Origin: Candidatus Iainarchaeum sp.
GTDB taxonomy: Archaea; Iainarchaeota; Iainarchaeia; Iainarchaeales; DTGL01
Direction of reading: 5' to 3'
NCBI GenBank assembly: GCA_038736825.1
Contig: JAVYME010000001.1
Location: 102,708-134,707, forward strand
Length of the DNA stretch: 32,000 bases
In this document: piece by piece, positions 1 through 7,953 of the stretch
How the letters are laid out: each line of letters begins with the position of its first letter
How positions within the stretch are numbered: the first letter of the stretch is position 1
Translations under genes and position numbers: made by a program
The notes under the pieces: generated by a model
What the model was told of the DNA's origin: nothing
The model's input: the letters and a program-made list of their open reading frames with translations, nothing else
Database searches by the model: none

Positions 1-120
1 GGAGGCAGAACTGTTTCTTTCAGGAATGCAAAAAAGGCAATCACTGCTTTTTTAAAGGCAGAATTTGTGGGCGGCAGGCATTTGCGGAGAATAGAAAAAA
101 TTGCAGCACTCGAGAGATGA
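1..120 (+). CDS. 3' end of an unidentified upstream ORF (partial, enters from the window edge)
   Basis: Frame 1 is open from base 1 to TGA 118-120 (...AEFVGGRHLRRIEKIAALER*). Its stop overlaps the archease ATG (ATGA at 117-120), the same coupling used elsewhere in the window. No family recognised. Confidence 0.35.
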   Translation, partial: GGRTVSFRNAKKAITAFLKAEFVGGRHLRRIEKIAALER

Positions 121-542
121 AAATGTTTGAATTGTTTGAGCACAAGGCAGACATTGGAGTGCGCGGTTATGGAAAAACGCTTGAAGAAGCCTTTCAAGAG
201 TGCGCGAAGGCAATGTTCAGCGTAATGTCAAACCTGAAAAAAGTCAAAGCCAGAGAAAGCATTGAATTGCGAGTTAGAGCGAGAAATGAAGAAGAATTGC
301 TTGTTGCCTGGTTAAACGAATTATTGTTTGAAAAAGGCACAAAAGAAATGCTGTTCTCTGAATTCAAAGTGAAAATTTCAAAGGAAAAAGAAGGACTGGT
401 TTTGAAAGGCACAGTGAAAGGCGAAAAAATGAACCACAAAAAACATGAAATGAAAACAGAAGTCAAAGGAGCAACCTATTCTGGCTTGAAAGTGATTAAA
501 GAAAAAGAAAAGTATTTAGCGCAATGCATTGTCGATGTATAA
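117..542 (+). CDS. Archease (RtcB activator/chaperone)
   Basis: 141 aa. The N-terminus FELFEHKADIGVRGYGKTLEEAFQECAKAMFSVM matches the archease hallmark (F-E-H-x-A-D-I ... G-x-T-L-E-E-x-F). Size is typical. Confidence 0.85.
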   Translation: MKMFELFEHKADIGVRGYGKTLEEAFQECAKAMFSVMSNLKKVKARESIELRVRARNEEELLVAWLNELLFEKGTKEMLFSEFKVKISKEKEGLVLKGTVKGEKMNHKKHEMKTEVKGATYSGLKVIKEKEKYLAQCIVDV

Positions 543-579
543 AGCAATTGCAGCAAAGCCGCGTGGTTTGACAATAATG

Positions 580-587
580 TTTAAATA
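580..587 (+). promoter_or_regulatory. Candidate archaeal TATA box (TTTAAATA) for the surface-protein cassette
   Basis: TTTAAATA ends 24 nt before ATG 611, which implies a leaderless or near-leaderless mRNA. The same octamer recurs at 6549-6556 and 28959-28966. Confidence 0.4.
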
Positions 588-610
588 GTGGAAATGCGTA
601 ATATTTGAGA

Positions 611-853
611 ATGAAAAGATTTGGTTTTTTGCCTTCAGTTTTTTACTGTCTCGCCATGTTCGGCTTGATTTTCACGCTAGTGGCAGCCCAAGAAGAAGTA
701 AGGCAGCTTTCCATTAAAATTGAAGGCTTGCGCTATGTAAGGCATGAAACAGTAACCATTACGGCGCTTTTTGATGGGCAACCCGTTGCTGGCGTTGATG
801 TAAATGTTTTTTTCAAAGATTTGAACCTGAAAAAACAGACCAAAACAAAATAA
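611..853 (+). CDS. Secreted protein, N-terminal fragment (signal peptide plus first half of an Ig-like / CarboxypepD_reg-like beta-sandwich)
   Basis: ATG at 611 (the track's TTG at 605 is less likely). Hydrophobic signal sequence FLPSVFYCLAMFGLIFTLVAAQ, then VTITALFDGQPVAGVDVNVFF. The ORF stops at TAA 851-853 in mid-domain. Confidence 0.6.
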   Translation: MKRFGFLPSVFYCLAMFGLIFTLVAAQEEVRQLSIKIEGLRYVRHETVTITALFDGQPVAGVDVNVFFKDLNLKKQTKTK

Positions 854-855
854 TA

Positions 856-1410
856 TTGCAAAGAATAGAAGATTATAAGACAGACAGTCAAGGCAAGTTT
901 TCCTTTAAATTGCATGAAGCCGGCACTTACTTTTTATTTTTTGCCAAAAAAGAAGGAACCATTTTTTACGCAGCAAGCGAAAAAATAGATTTTTTGATAA
1001 ATCCAAGACCATATTTCAGTGCAAGCAATGGCGTTTACAATCTTTGCTTTAGGGAACCAATTGGCTCAATAACAATCATTGAAGGCGAGAAAAGAACAAC
1101 CCAAAGCCTTGATGAAAACAATTGCACTCAATACTCTCCAAAAACAGAGTCCTTCACAGTTGAAACCCCTTACAGCAAAGAATTCAAAAAGATTTCAATA
1201 CCAGTAAAAGTTGAAACAGAAAAACCAACCCCTGTCCCAACACAACCCACTCCAATACAAACACAATTTGAAGAAAAAACAAAGCCGATTTCACAACCAA
1301 AAACACAAACCCAGCCAGACTTACTGTTACCTATCAGCATATTGTTAGTTGCAAGCATATGCTTGGTTGCTGCAGGAGTTTACCTCAGAAAACGGAGGAT
1401 GAATTCATGA
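856..1410 (+). CDS. C-terminal fragment of the same surface protein (second half of the beta-sandwich, Pro/Thr/Gln stalk, TM anchor)
   Basis: No ATG, no SD and no signal peptide. It begins with KTDSQGKFSFKLHEAGTYFLFFAKKEG, which completes the domain begun in 611-853, and ends with PTPVPTQPTPIQTQ...LLLPISILLVASICLVAAGVYLRKRR. Frame 1 is already open from 799. Confidence 0.6.
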   Translation: MQRIEDYKTDSQGKFSFKLHEAGTYFLFFAKKEGTIFYAASEKIDFLINPRPYFSASNGVYNLCFREPIGSITIIEGEKRTTQSLDENNCTQYSPKTESFTVETPYSKEFKKISIPVKVETEKPTPVPTQPTPIQTQFEEKTKPISQPKTQTQPDLLLPISILLVASICLVAAGVYLRKRRMNS

Positions 1411-3542
1411 AAAAAATACTCTTTGTTTTGGCTCTTTTTTTAATGCTTTCCTGTGCCAATGCAGCAAAAAAAATCCAGCTCACTGTAGAAGACGACGGCA
1501 TTGACCCAGTAACCCCAGAAGAAGATGCTGACACAAAAGACAAAGCATACCTTGTAGTAGGACCAGGGCCTTACACTTTGACAGTCAAAATCCAAAACTT
1601 GCAGGAAATAGAAGAGTTTGGCGGTCCAGTTGATGTAATGGCTTTATTTGATGCCAGTTATAGCTTTAATGATGAAATCGAGGTTGTCAAAAATGACATA
1701 GAAAAACTTGGAGCAGAACTGGATCAAAACTGCCAAAAAATAGGCATTCCGGGGTGCTTCAATTTAGGGCTTTACGTTTTTGAAGGAGGCACTTGCGCTA
1801 GAAATTGTTCCAACCAATATGTTTGCACTCAAATAAATTGCAGAATAGTCACAGTTAAAGATTGGTGCACTGAGTGTACTGTAATAACAATTCCAGGCAA
1901 GTGCCAAGTTTGCGATTATGAAACTGAATGCCGTGAGGTTTGTGAATTGCGTGATAACGTGAAAGTATGCTGGCCAGAGTGCCACGAAGTGCCAAAAAAC
2001 TGTCGAATGGAGCCATGTGACACATACAAGTGGGATTGCAAACTAGTGCCTTGCTTTGTAGAAGAAGAGGTATGCGATGAACATTGTGAATGGCAAGAAG
2101 TTTGTGGTTGGACTGTGTGCAAAAGGCCTGATGCTGCTTTTTGGAATTCCACTGATTTCCAGCAACCAGTGACTCCGCCATTGCCTTTGGATTATGCAAA
2201 CGATGTTGGCTTGCTTCCCATAACAAACAATATGACGCTTGTCAAAAACAACTTGGAAAAAATTAGTGCTCCAAACTTTTCAACACAACAGCTAGAGCCA
2301 TGGGGTAGCATTATAACCTATGTTTTGAATGCACCTGAAGTAAAATGGCAGGAAAACCACCGGAGGGCAATAATATTAATCACGGATGAAAAAGATGATT
2401 CTGGCACTTACAAGACTGCAGCACAACTTGCAAAAGACCAAAACGTGGTTGTGTTCGGCATTATTGGAAAAGGAGTGGGTTCAGATGAAGCGAAAGCCAA
2501 TGCTGAATATGTTGCAAACCTGACAGGCGGAAAGGTTTTCACTTATACAAATTCTGAAGAAATAAAAGCCCTATTGCGTGAAATAATGGGCTCACTCATA
2601 AAAGAAGACACTTTTGTTTTTTCAAAAGAATTAGGGCCTAACTGGGATGGAATAACTGCAAATTTTGATCTGCCGCCGGTTCCAAGAAAGGGACCCGGAC
2701 TTGTTTACCCAATCAAGGGCCTTGCTCCAGCGGTTTGGCCTACAACTGAGGAATATTTCCATTACAGGGTTTCCTTGAAAAGCAATCCGGCTGTTTTTGA
2801 TGATGCTTGGGTTAGAGTGACCATTAATACGCCGCCAACTGCCGATTTTGAAATGATTCCAACTCCGCCAACTGGAATGGTGCCTTTAAGCGTAAAATTC
2901 GTCAACAAATCAACAGACAACGAAGGAAACATTACAAACTACCATTGGGTTTTTGGCGATCCATCTTCAGGAGCAGACAATGAAAGTAATGAAGAAAACC
3001 CAACACACGTTTTCCAATATGCTGGAGAATATTCAGTCACTCTTACAGTAACCGACAGCGGGCAAGCAAGTCACAGTGTTACAAAAAAAGTCATGGCAAA
3101 AGAAAGGCCCCTAATTTCTGCGTTCAAGGCGAATAATCCCAAGACACCAGATGAAGGACTGGACATCACGGTTTACTGCACAAAATTCCAAGCCTTAATC
3201 AAAATAGAAATACTGGACAAGGATGGATTGTTGGTGACAAAGGACAAAGACGGCAACCCCATAACAAACCCAATAAAAATTCCTGGAACAAATGATTGGC
3301 CGAGATGCGGAAGCACCATTAGCCCTGACATCAGGCTTTCAAGCGGAGTCTACCAAATAAGGGCAACAATAATGAAAGATGATGGCAGCGGTCCAGACCC
3401 GGATTGCACTAATTGTCCGAAAAGCACACACATAACCGTGGGAATGAGCGCACCAGAAATGCAAACCCCAGAAATTCCAGCAATACTAACAACAATAATA
3501 GCGCTTGCAGTGATTGTCATTACAAACAGGAAAAAGAAATAG
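1407..3542 (+). CDS. Anchored surface protein: signal peptide, vWA domain carrying a Cys-rich insert, PKD domain, Ig-like domain, C-terminal TM
   Basis: Start taken at ATG 1407 (ATGA overlap with the upstream stop), giving signal peptide MKKILFVLALFLMLSCANA. MIDAS DASYS at 1650-1664. 22 Cys between 1731 and 2120. vWA C-half motifs RAIILITDEKDD, VVVFGIIGKG and GGKVFTY. PKD motifs PLSVKFVNKSTD...YHWVFGD...HVFQYAGEYSVTLTVTD. C-terminal anchor PAILTTIIALAVIVITNRKKK. Confidence 0.8.
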   Translation: MKKILFVLALFLMLSCANAAKKIQLTVEDDGIDPVTPEEDADTKDKAYLVVGPGPYTLTVKIQNLQEIEEFGGPVDVMALFDASYSFNDEIEVVKNDIEKLGAELDQNCQKIGIPGCFNLGLYVFEGGTCARNCSNQYVCTQINCRIVTVKDWCTECTVITIPGKCQVCDYETECREVCELRDNVKVCWPECHEVPKNCRMEPCDTYKWDCKLVPCFVEEEVCDEHCEWQEVCGWTVCKRPDAAFWNSTDFQQPVTPPLPLDYANDVGLLPITNNMTLVKNNLEKISAPNFSTQQLEPWGSIITYVLNAPEVKWQENHRRAIILITDEKDDSGTYKTAAQLAKDQNVVVFGIIGKGVGSDEAKANAEYVANLTGGKVFTYTNSEEIKALLREIMGSLIKEDTFVFSKELGPNWDGITANFDLPPVPRKGPGLVYPIKGLAPAVWPTTEEYFHYRVSLKSNPAVFDDAWVRVTINTPPTADFEMIPTPPTGMVPLSVKFVNKSTDNEGNITNYHWVFGDPSSGADNESNEENPTHVFQYAGEYSVTLTVTDSGQASHSVTKKVMAKERPLISAFKANNPKTPDEGLDITVYCTKFQALIKIEILDKDGLLVTKDKDGNPITNPIKIPGTNDWPRCGSTISPDIRLSSGVYQIRATIMKDDGSGPDPDCTNCPKSTHITVGMSAPEMQTPEIPAILTTIIALAVIVITNRKKK

Positions 3543-3563
3543 GCTTTGCTGGCAGAGCACTAG

Positions 3564-3574
3564 TTTCTTTTTTT
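3564..3574 (+). terminator. Oligo-T tract, likely archaeal terminator of the surface-protein cassette
   Basis: TTTCTTTTTTT lies 22 nt after the stop at 3542. Archaeal RNAP terminates at oligo-T. An AT-rich promoter-like stretch follows before the rtcB start. Confidence 0.4.
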
Positions 3575-3608
3575 AATCCTTAATTTCCAAATATTTTAGG
3601 TTTTTTCT

Positions 3609-5051
3609 ATGGCATTGTTAAAAATAAGGGATTTTGTTTGGGAAATCCCGAAAGAGGGAAAAATGCGCGTTCCAGCAAGGCTTTACGTGGACCAAAAAAT
3701 GATTCAAGAACTGGAACGCGAAGAGCAAACCAATTGGAGCACTTTAAGGCAGTTGAAAAACATTGCTTCCCTGCCTGGCATTCAAAGCCCTGCACTGGCT
3801 TTGGCTGACTGCCATCCAGGTTATGGCGCGCCAATTGGCAGTGTTGCCGCCATGGATTTAAAGGAAGGCGTTATTTCTTTTGGATGCATTGGGTTTGATG
3901 TGAATTGTGGAGTGCGCACTCTTGCAACCCTGTTAAAAAAAAGCGAAGTGGAGAAAAGGAAAAAAGAGCTTGCAGAAGAGCTTTTCAAAAACGTGCCAGC
4001 AGGGCTTGGCGTTACAGGAAAACTCAAATTAAGCCAAAGCGAAATTGACGAGGTTTTAGTGAAAGGCGCTGAATTTTCCCTTGCAAAAGGTTATGGTTTC
4101 AAAGAGGACTTGGAGTTCATTGAAATGAATGGAAAAGCAAGGGACGCAAACCCGGAAAATGTTTCGCTCAAGGCAAAACAAAGACAGTTCAAGGAAGTCG
4201 GCACTCTTGGTTCAGGCAATCATTACCTGGAAGTGCAATTCGTGGAAAAAATATTCGATGAAGAAATCGCACAAGCCTTTGGATTGTTTGAAGGGCAAAT
4301 CGTTGCAAGCATTCACTGTGGAAGCAGGGCATTGGGCCACCAGATTGGCGCAGACTATCTGGTGGAACTGAAAAAAGCCTCAGAAAAATACAAATTGCAT
4401 TTGGCAGACCCTGAACTGGTGTCAGCGCCAATTGAAAGCGAAGAGGGAAAAAAATATTTTTCCGCTGTGAGCGCTGGAATGAATTGCGCTTTTGCAAACA
4501 GGCAGGTTTTAGCACACCTTGCAAGGGAATCCTTTGCAAGGGTTTTTGGAGTGAATGAAAGGGAAATACGGACTTTTTACGAGGTTGGCCATAATACTGC
4601 AAAAATAGAAGAGCATGAAGTGGAAGGAAAGCAAAAGGAATTGCTTGTGCAAAGAAAAGGCTCTACAAGGGGTTTTGGCCCTGAAAGGAAAGAAGTGCCA
4701 GCACAGTATAGAAAGTTTGGACAGCCAGTACTGGTTGGCGGGACAATGGGCACTGCCAGCTATGTTTTGGCTGGAACAATAAAAGGAATGAAGGAAACCT
4801 TTGGTTCGGCAGTGCATGGTGCTGGAAGAAAACTTAGCCGGAATGCAGCAATCAAGTCTTTCAAGGGAGAACAAATTGCAACAGAATTGAACAAAAAGGG
4901 AATAATAATCAAAACGCATTCATGGAAAGGCATTTCAGAGGAAGCTCCTCAAGCTTACAAGGACATAGATGAAGTAATAGAAATAATGGCTGTCACAGGA
5001 ATCAGCAGAAAAGTTGCAAGGCTCAAGCCAATGATAACAATAAAGGGATGA
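3609..5051 (+). CDS. rtcB: RNA-splicing ligase RtcB (3'-phosphate/5'-hydroxyl tRNA ligase)
   Basis: 480 aa with RtcB hallmarks: CHPGYGAPIG, GFDVNCGVR, GSGNHYLEVQ, HCGSRALGHQ, EVGHNTA, GGTMGTASYVL, SAVHGAGR. Confidence 0.95.
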   Translation: MALLKIRDFVWEIPKEGKMRVPARLYVDQKMIQELEREEQTNWSTLRQLKNIASLPGIQSPALALADCHPGYGAPIGSVAAMDLKEGVISFGCIGFDVNCGVRTLATLLKKSEVEKRKKELAEELFKNVPAGLGVTGKLKLSQSEIDEVLVKGAEFSLAKGYGFKEDLEFIEMNGKARDANPENVSLKAKQRQFKEVGTLGSGNHYLEVQFVEKIFDEEIAQAFGLFEGQIVASIHCGSRALGHQIGADYLVELKKASEKYKLHLADPELVSAPIESEEGKKYFSAVSAGMNCAFANRQVLAHLARESFARVFGVNEREIRTFYEVGHNTAKIEEHEVEGKQKELLVQRKGSTRGFGPERKEVPAQYRKFGQPVLVGGTMGTASYVLAGTIKGMKETFGSAVHGAGRKLSRNAAIKSFKGEQIATELNKKGIIIKTHSWKGISEEAPQAYKDIDEVIEIMAVTGISRKVARLKPMITIKG

Positions 5052-6517
5052 AAATGCAGTTAGAGGAAAAAAAAATCCTTTTTTTAACATTGTTCTTTTT
5101 CTTTATTTCTTTTGGTGTAAGGCTTTCATTAATGGAATTAAGGCCATTGCATCACGATGAGGGCGTGAATGGCTATTTTATAAGCAATATAGTGGAAGGA
5201 CGCGGCTGGAAATATGATCCAGAAAACTATCATGGACCGACATTTTTCTACATAACAGCGGTTTCTTTCCTTGCTTTCGGCGGAAATATTTTTGCGCTCA
5301 GGATTGTGCCAGTAATTTTTGGCTGCCTGCTGGTGCTAGTGCCATTCCTTCTCAGAAAAAGGCTCGGGTTTTGGGGTGTGCTAACAAGCACGTTTTTCCT
5401 CGCTTTCTCACCTGCACTCCTCTATTATTCCATGGATGCAATTCACGAAATCCTCTTCACGTTTTTCATGACTGCATCGCTCGTGCTTTTCCTTGAATTT
5501 GCTTCAGAAAAAAAGCCATGGATGCTTTTCGGGGGAAGCGCTTGCCTTGCAATGTTTTTGGCTACAAAGGAAGCTGCCTTCATAATAGGCCCTTTTATAG
5601 TGATTCTTGCAATTTTCTTCAGTTTTGCAAAGGAAAAAAAAACAGAGAATAAATTGGAAGGCAAAAAAATTGCATTTTTAATTGAATTTTTAGTTGCAAT
5701 TGCAATATTTTTTTCAATTTACATTCCTCTTTTCACTTCTTTTTTTCAGAACTGGAATGGGTTGGAGGATTCTGTTAAAACCCTTGGATTGTGGGGTCCA
5801 AGAGTGATTGTGGAAAAAGGTCATGACAAGCCTTTCCCTTATTATTCTGGATTGCTGTTGTTCAGCGAGTTGCCGCTTCTAGTGGCAGGCATTGCGGGAA
5901 TGCTTTTGGCGTTCTGGAAAAGGAACGTTTATTTTTGCGTTATCGGCGTTTTTTTCATTGCAATGTTTTTAGGGGTTTCCGCTGTTCCCTACAAAACCCC
6001 TTGGATTGCAATAAACTTTTTGCCGCCTCTTGCGCTTCTCTCGGGATTTACAGCAAGAGAGTTTTTTGGCGTTAAAACTGGACTTTCAAGGCAAGCCGGC
6101 TTGCTGGTGCTAGGAGTGGTTTTTGCTCTTGTGTTATGGCAATCATATTATGTGAATGTTGTTGCTCCTGCAGCAGAGCGCTCTGAGGAAAATCCCTGGG
6201 TTTATGTGCAGACAACAATGAGTGCAAAGAAGGCATTTGAAAGGGCACTGGCAGCAGATGGAAAAATCCTCATTGCATTGGAGAATGAGAGCACTTGGCC
6301 CATGCCTTGGCTTTTAAGGGAAAAAAAAGTGGAATACCATGGAAGGGACTCTTTGGAGTCTGCTGAATTCTTGCATGGTTTTGAAGTGCTCATAGTGCAC
6401 AGGAATCTGGGGGAAATTGTTGTAGGAAAGATTCCAGAATATGAGCGCTTTGGGTTTGATTTGCGTCCAGGAGTGCCTTTGGATGCATTTTTCGCGCAAA
6501 AAAAGCAAAATCCCTGA
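5048..6517 (+). CDS. Polytopic GT-C-fold membrane protein, TIGR03663-like (Agl23 / ArnT-PMT related)
   Basis: About 12 hydrophobic segments. The N-terminal loop LRPLHHDEGVNGYF...WKYDPENYHGPTFFYITA resembles the HHDE ... YDP-x-YHGP signature I recall for TIGR03663. ATGA overlap with the rtcB stop. Confidence 0.65.
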   Translation: MKMQLEEKKILFLTLFFFFISFGVRLSLMELRPLHHDEGVNGYFISNIVEGRGWKYDPENYHGPTFFYITAVSFLAFGGNIFALRIVPVIFGCLLVLVPFLLRKRLGFWGVLTSTFFLAFSPALLYYSMDAIHEILFTFFMTASLVLFLEFASEKKPWMLFGGSACLAMFLATKEAAFIIGPFIVILAIFFSFAKEKKTENKLEGKKIAFLIEFLVAIAIFFSIYIPLFTSFFQNWNGLEDSVKTLGLWGPRVIVEKGHDKPFPYYSGLLLFSELPLLVAGIAGMLLAFWKRNVYFCVIGVFFIAMFLGVSAVPYKTPWIAINFLPPLALLSGFTAREFFGVKTGLSRQAGLLVLGVVFALVLWQSYYVNVVAPAAERSEENPWVYVQTTMSAKKAFERALAADGKILIALENESTWPMPWLLREKKVEYHGRDSLESAEFLHGFEVLIVHRNLGEIVVGKIPEYERFGFDLRPGVPLDAFFAQKKQNP

Positions 6518-6548
6518 TTTTAACTTGTTAACTCAATAAAAGGAAATA

Positions 6549-6556
6549 TTTAAATA
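6549..6556 (+). promoter_or_regulatory. Candidate TATA box (TTTAAATA)
   Basis: Same octamer as at 580, located 38 nt upstream of GTG 6594. A second AT-rich box, TTTATTATAT, lies at 6571-6580. Confidence 0.35.
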
Positions 6557-6593
6557 CTTGAAGGGCGCTATTTATTATATCTACTAAATCCGG

Positions 6594-7808
6594 GTGGTTG
6601 GTTTGAGGAATGAATTTTTTGCTCTAGCCGTTTTTTCGCTCTTGCTTTTGGGCAGCAATGCTTTTGCCTTGCCCAACTGCAACATGGTTTTCTTTGAATT
6701 GTACAATGTGGAATTATGGGAAGGCTCCAAGGAAACATTCACTTTTGCAATTAACAACACAGGCAATGAAAGATTCTACATTGACAAAGTAAACGCTTTT
6801 GATTTCTCTGAGGGAATTGCAGTGCAAGAAGAATACTGGGGCGACGTAGTTCTCCCAGGAGAAAAAGCCTTTGCCACAATATCCGTTAAAGCAGACAAAG
6901 GAACAGAGGAAAGGGAAAGAAAGGCATACATAGAGCTCAGCGGCCGCTTTTTGGGAGGAAAAAGGTGTTCTTTTTCGGATGTGCACGGCGAATTCAATGT
7001 AAGCGTGCTCAAAGAACCAGTGCACAAGATTGAACCCAGGTGTGATGGCTTTTCACTCACTGCCCCAAAAGAAAAATACATTGAGGGCGAAGGCACAATA
7101 GAGTTTTTTGCCTCAAACAAAACCAATTATGATGCAATCATAACACTGGAAAGCGAAAGCATTAGCGTAAGCGAAAGCGTTTTCCAGTTAAGGAAAGGCG
7201 AAGAAAAAAAGTTTTCTGCCTTCATTAAAAGCGATGCTGACCGGGCAACACTCAAATACAATGTAAGGGTAAGCGATTGCGGCATACCCTCTCAGGAAAC
7301 AAGAATTTATTCAGCAATGGAAACACCAATTCCAACACCAACCCCTCAACCCTTTAAAGCCATTGAAATAGGAGCATCAGCCTCTAAAGACGCAAACGGC
7401 TTCCTTGTAACAGTGGAAATCCACAATCCAAACAGTGAAGGCATTATCGGAAACCTTGAAGCAATTGTGCCACAAGGGTGGACTGTAATAGGGGAAAAGG
7501 CGGTTTTGGCTGAACCTCTTTCAAAAACAATTTCCCTTATAAGGATTGCACCACCAAAGGGAGCAAGCGGAACACACCCCGTACAAATAGTATTTTCATA
7601 TGATGGAATTGAGGAAAGCACAAAATTAGAGCTTGCAACCGGAAGCGAAGGCTTTGACTTTGGCGGAGCAGCCTTTGCAGTGCTTGGCTCAGGAGCATTC
7701 CTTATAGGACTAATAATCGTGGCAATAATACTGATAATAATGCTTTTCTCAAGCCCGCCAAGGCAATACTTTGAACCATGGCTGGAAGCAAAGGAAACCA
7801 AAAAATGA
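6594..7808 (+). CDS. Anchored surface protein with three CARDB/NEW3-like beta-sandwich modules
   Basis: GTG start. Signal peptide FFALAVFSLLLLGSNAFA. Modules include TFTFAINNTGNERFYIDKV and LVTVEIHNPNSEGIIGNLEAIVPQGWTV (NEW3/CARDB-like pattern). Stalk TPIPTPTPQP. C-terminal TM AFLIGLIIVAIILIIMLF. Confidence 0.6.
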   Translation: MVGLRNEFFALAVFSLLLLGSNAFALPNCNMVFFELYNVELWEGSKETFTFAINNTGNERFYIDKVNAFDFSEGIAVQEEYWGDVVLPGEKAFATISVKADKGTEERERKAYIELSGRFLGGKRCSFSDVHGEFNVSVLKEPVHKIEPRCDGFSLTAPKEKYIEGEGTIEFFASNKTNYDAIITLESESISVSESVFQLRKGEEKKFSAFIKSDADRATLKYNVRVSDCGIPSQETRIYSAMETPIPTPTPQPFKAIEIGASASKDANGFLVTVEIHNPNSEGIIGNLEAIVPQGWTVIGEKAVLAEPLSKTISLIRIAPPKGASGTHPVQIVFSYDGIEESTKLELATGSEGFDFGGAAFAVLGSGAFLIGLIIVAIILIIMLFSSPPRQYFEPWLEAKETKK

Positions 7809-7953
7809 AAACAGCACAAGTTTGAAAATCCCGCCCAAAAAGCTTTTAAACCAATCTTTGGGATATTAATAGTGGTGCATAGTACACTGTGCCCTTAACA
7901 GTTGTTTCAGAATAAAGTTCAGGAATCAAGCAAAAAAAAAGGGCATAAATGCT

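Noticed and set aside
827-838. Programmed -1 ribosomal frameshift at CTG AAA AAA CAG joining the two surface-protein fragments
   Set aside because: The zero-frame context is G-AAA-AAA, not a canonical X-XXY-YYZ heptamer (the P-site tRNA would re-pair on GAA). I see no obvious downstream stimulatory structure. Kept only as a minor alternative to an indel or pseudogene.
1359-1406. Upstream extension of the vWA-PKD ORF (MLGCCRSLPQKTEDEF)
   Set aside because: It overlaps the preceding gene's TM and tail codons. ATG 1407 yields a normal signal peptide and an ATGA junction.
4129-4371. Alternative-frame + strand ORFs inside known genes (also 13317-13508, 14676-14861, 18034-18246, 18787-19056, 20177-20401, 23094-23300, 24860-25072, 27667-27849)
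   Set aside because: Each is nested out of frame in a confidently identified gene. They are Lys/Arg/Gln-rich frame-shifted readings of A-rich DNA, with no independent start signals.
7905-7935. T-loop-like GTTCAGGAATC, suggesting a tRNA in the 7809-8045 gap
   Set aside because: No complementary T stem, acceptor stem or anticodon arm could be built on either strand.
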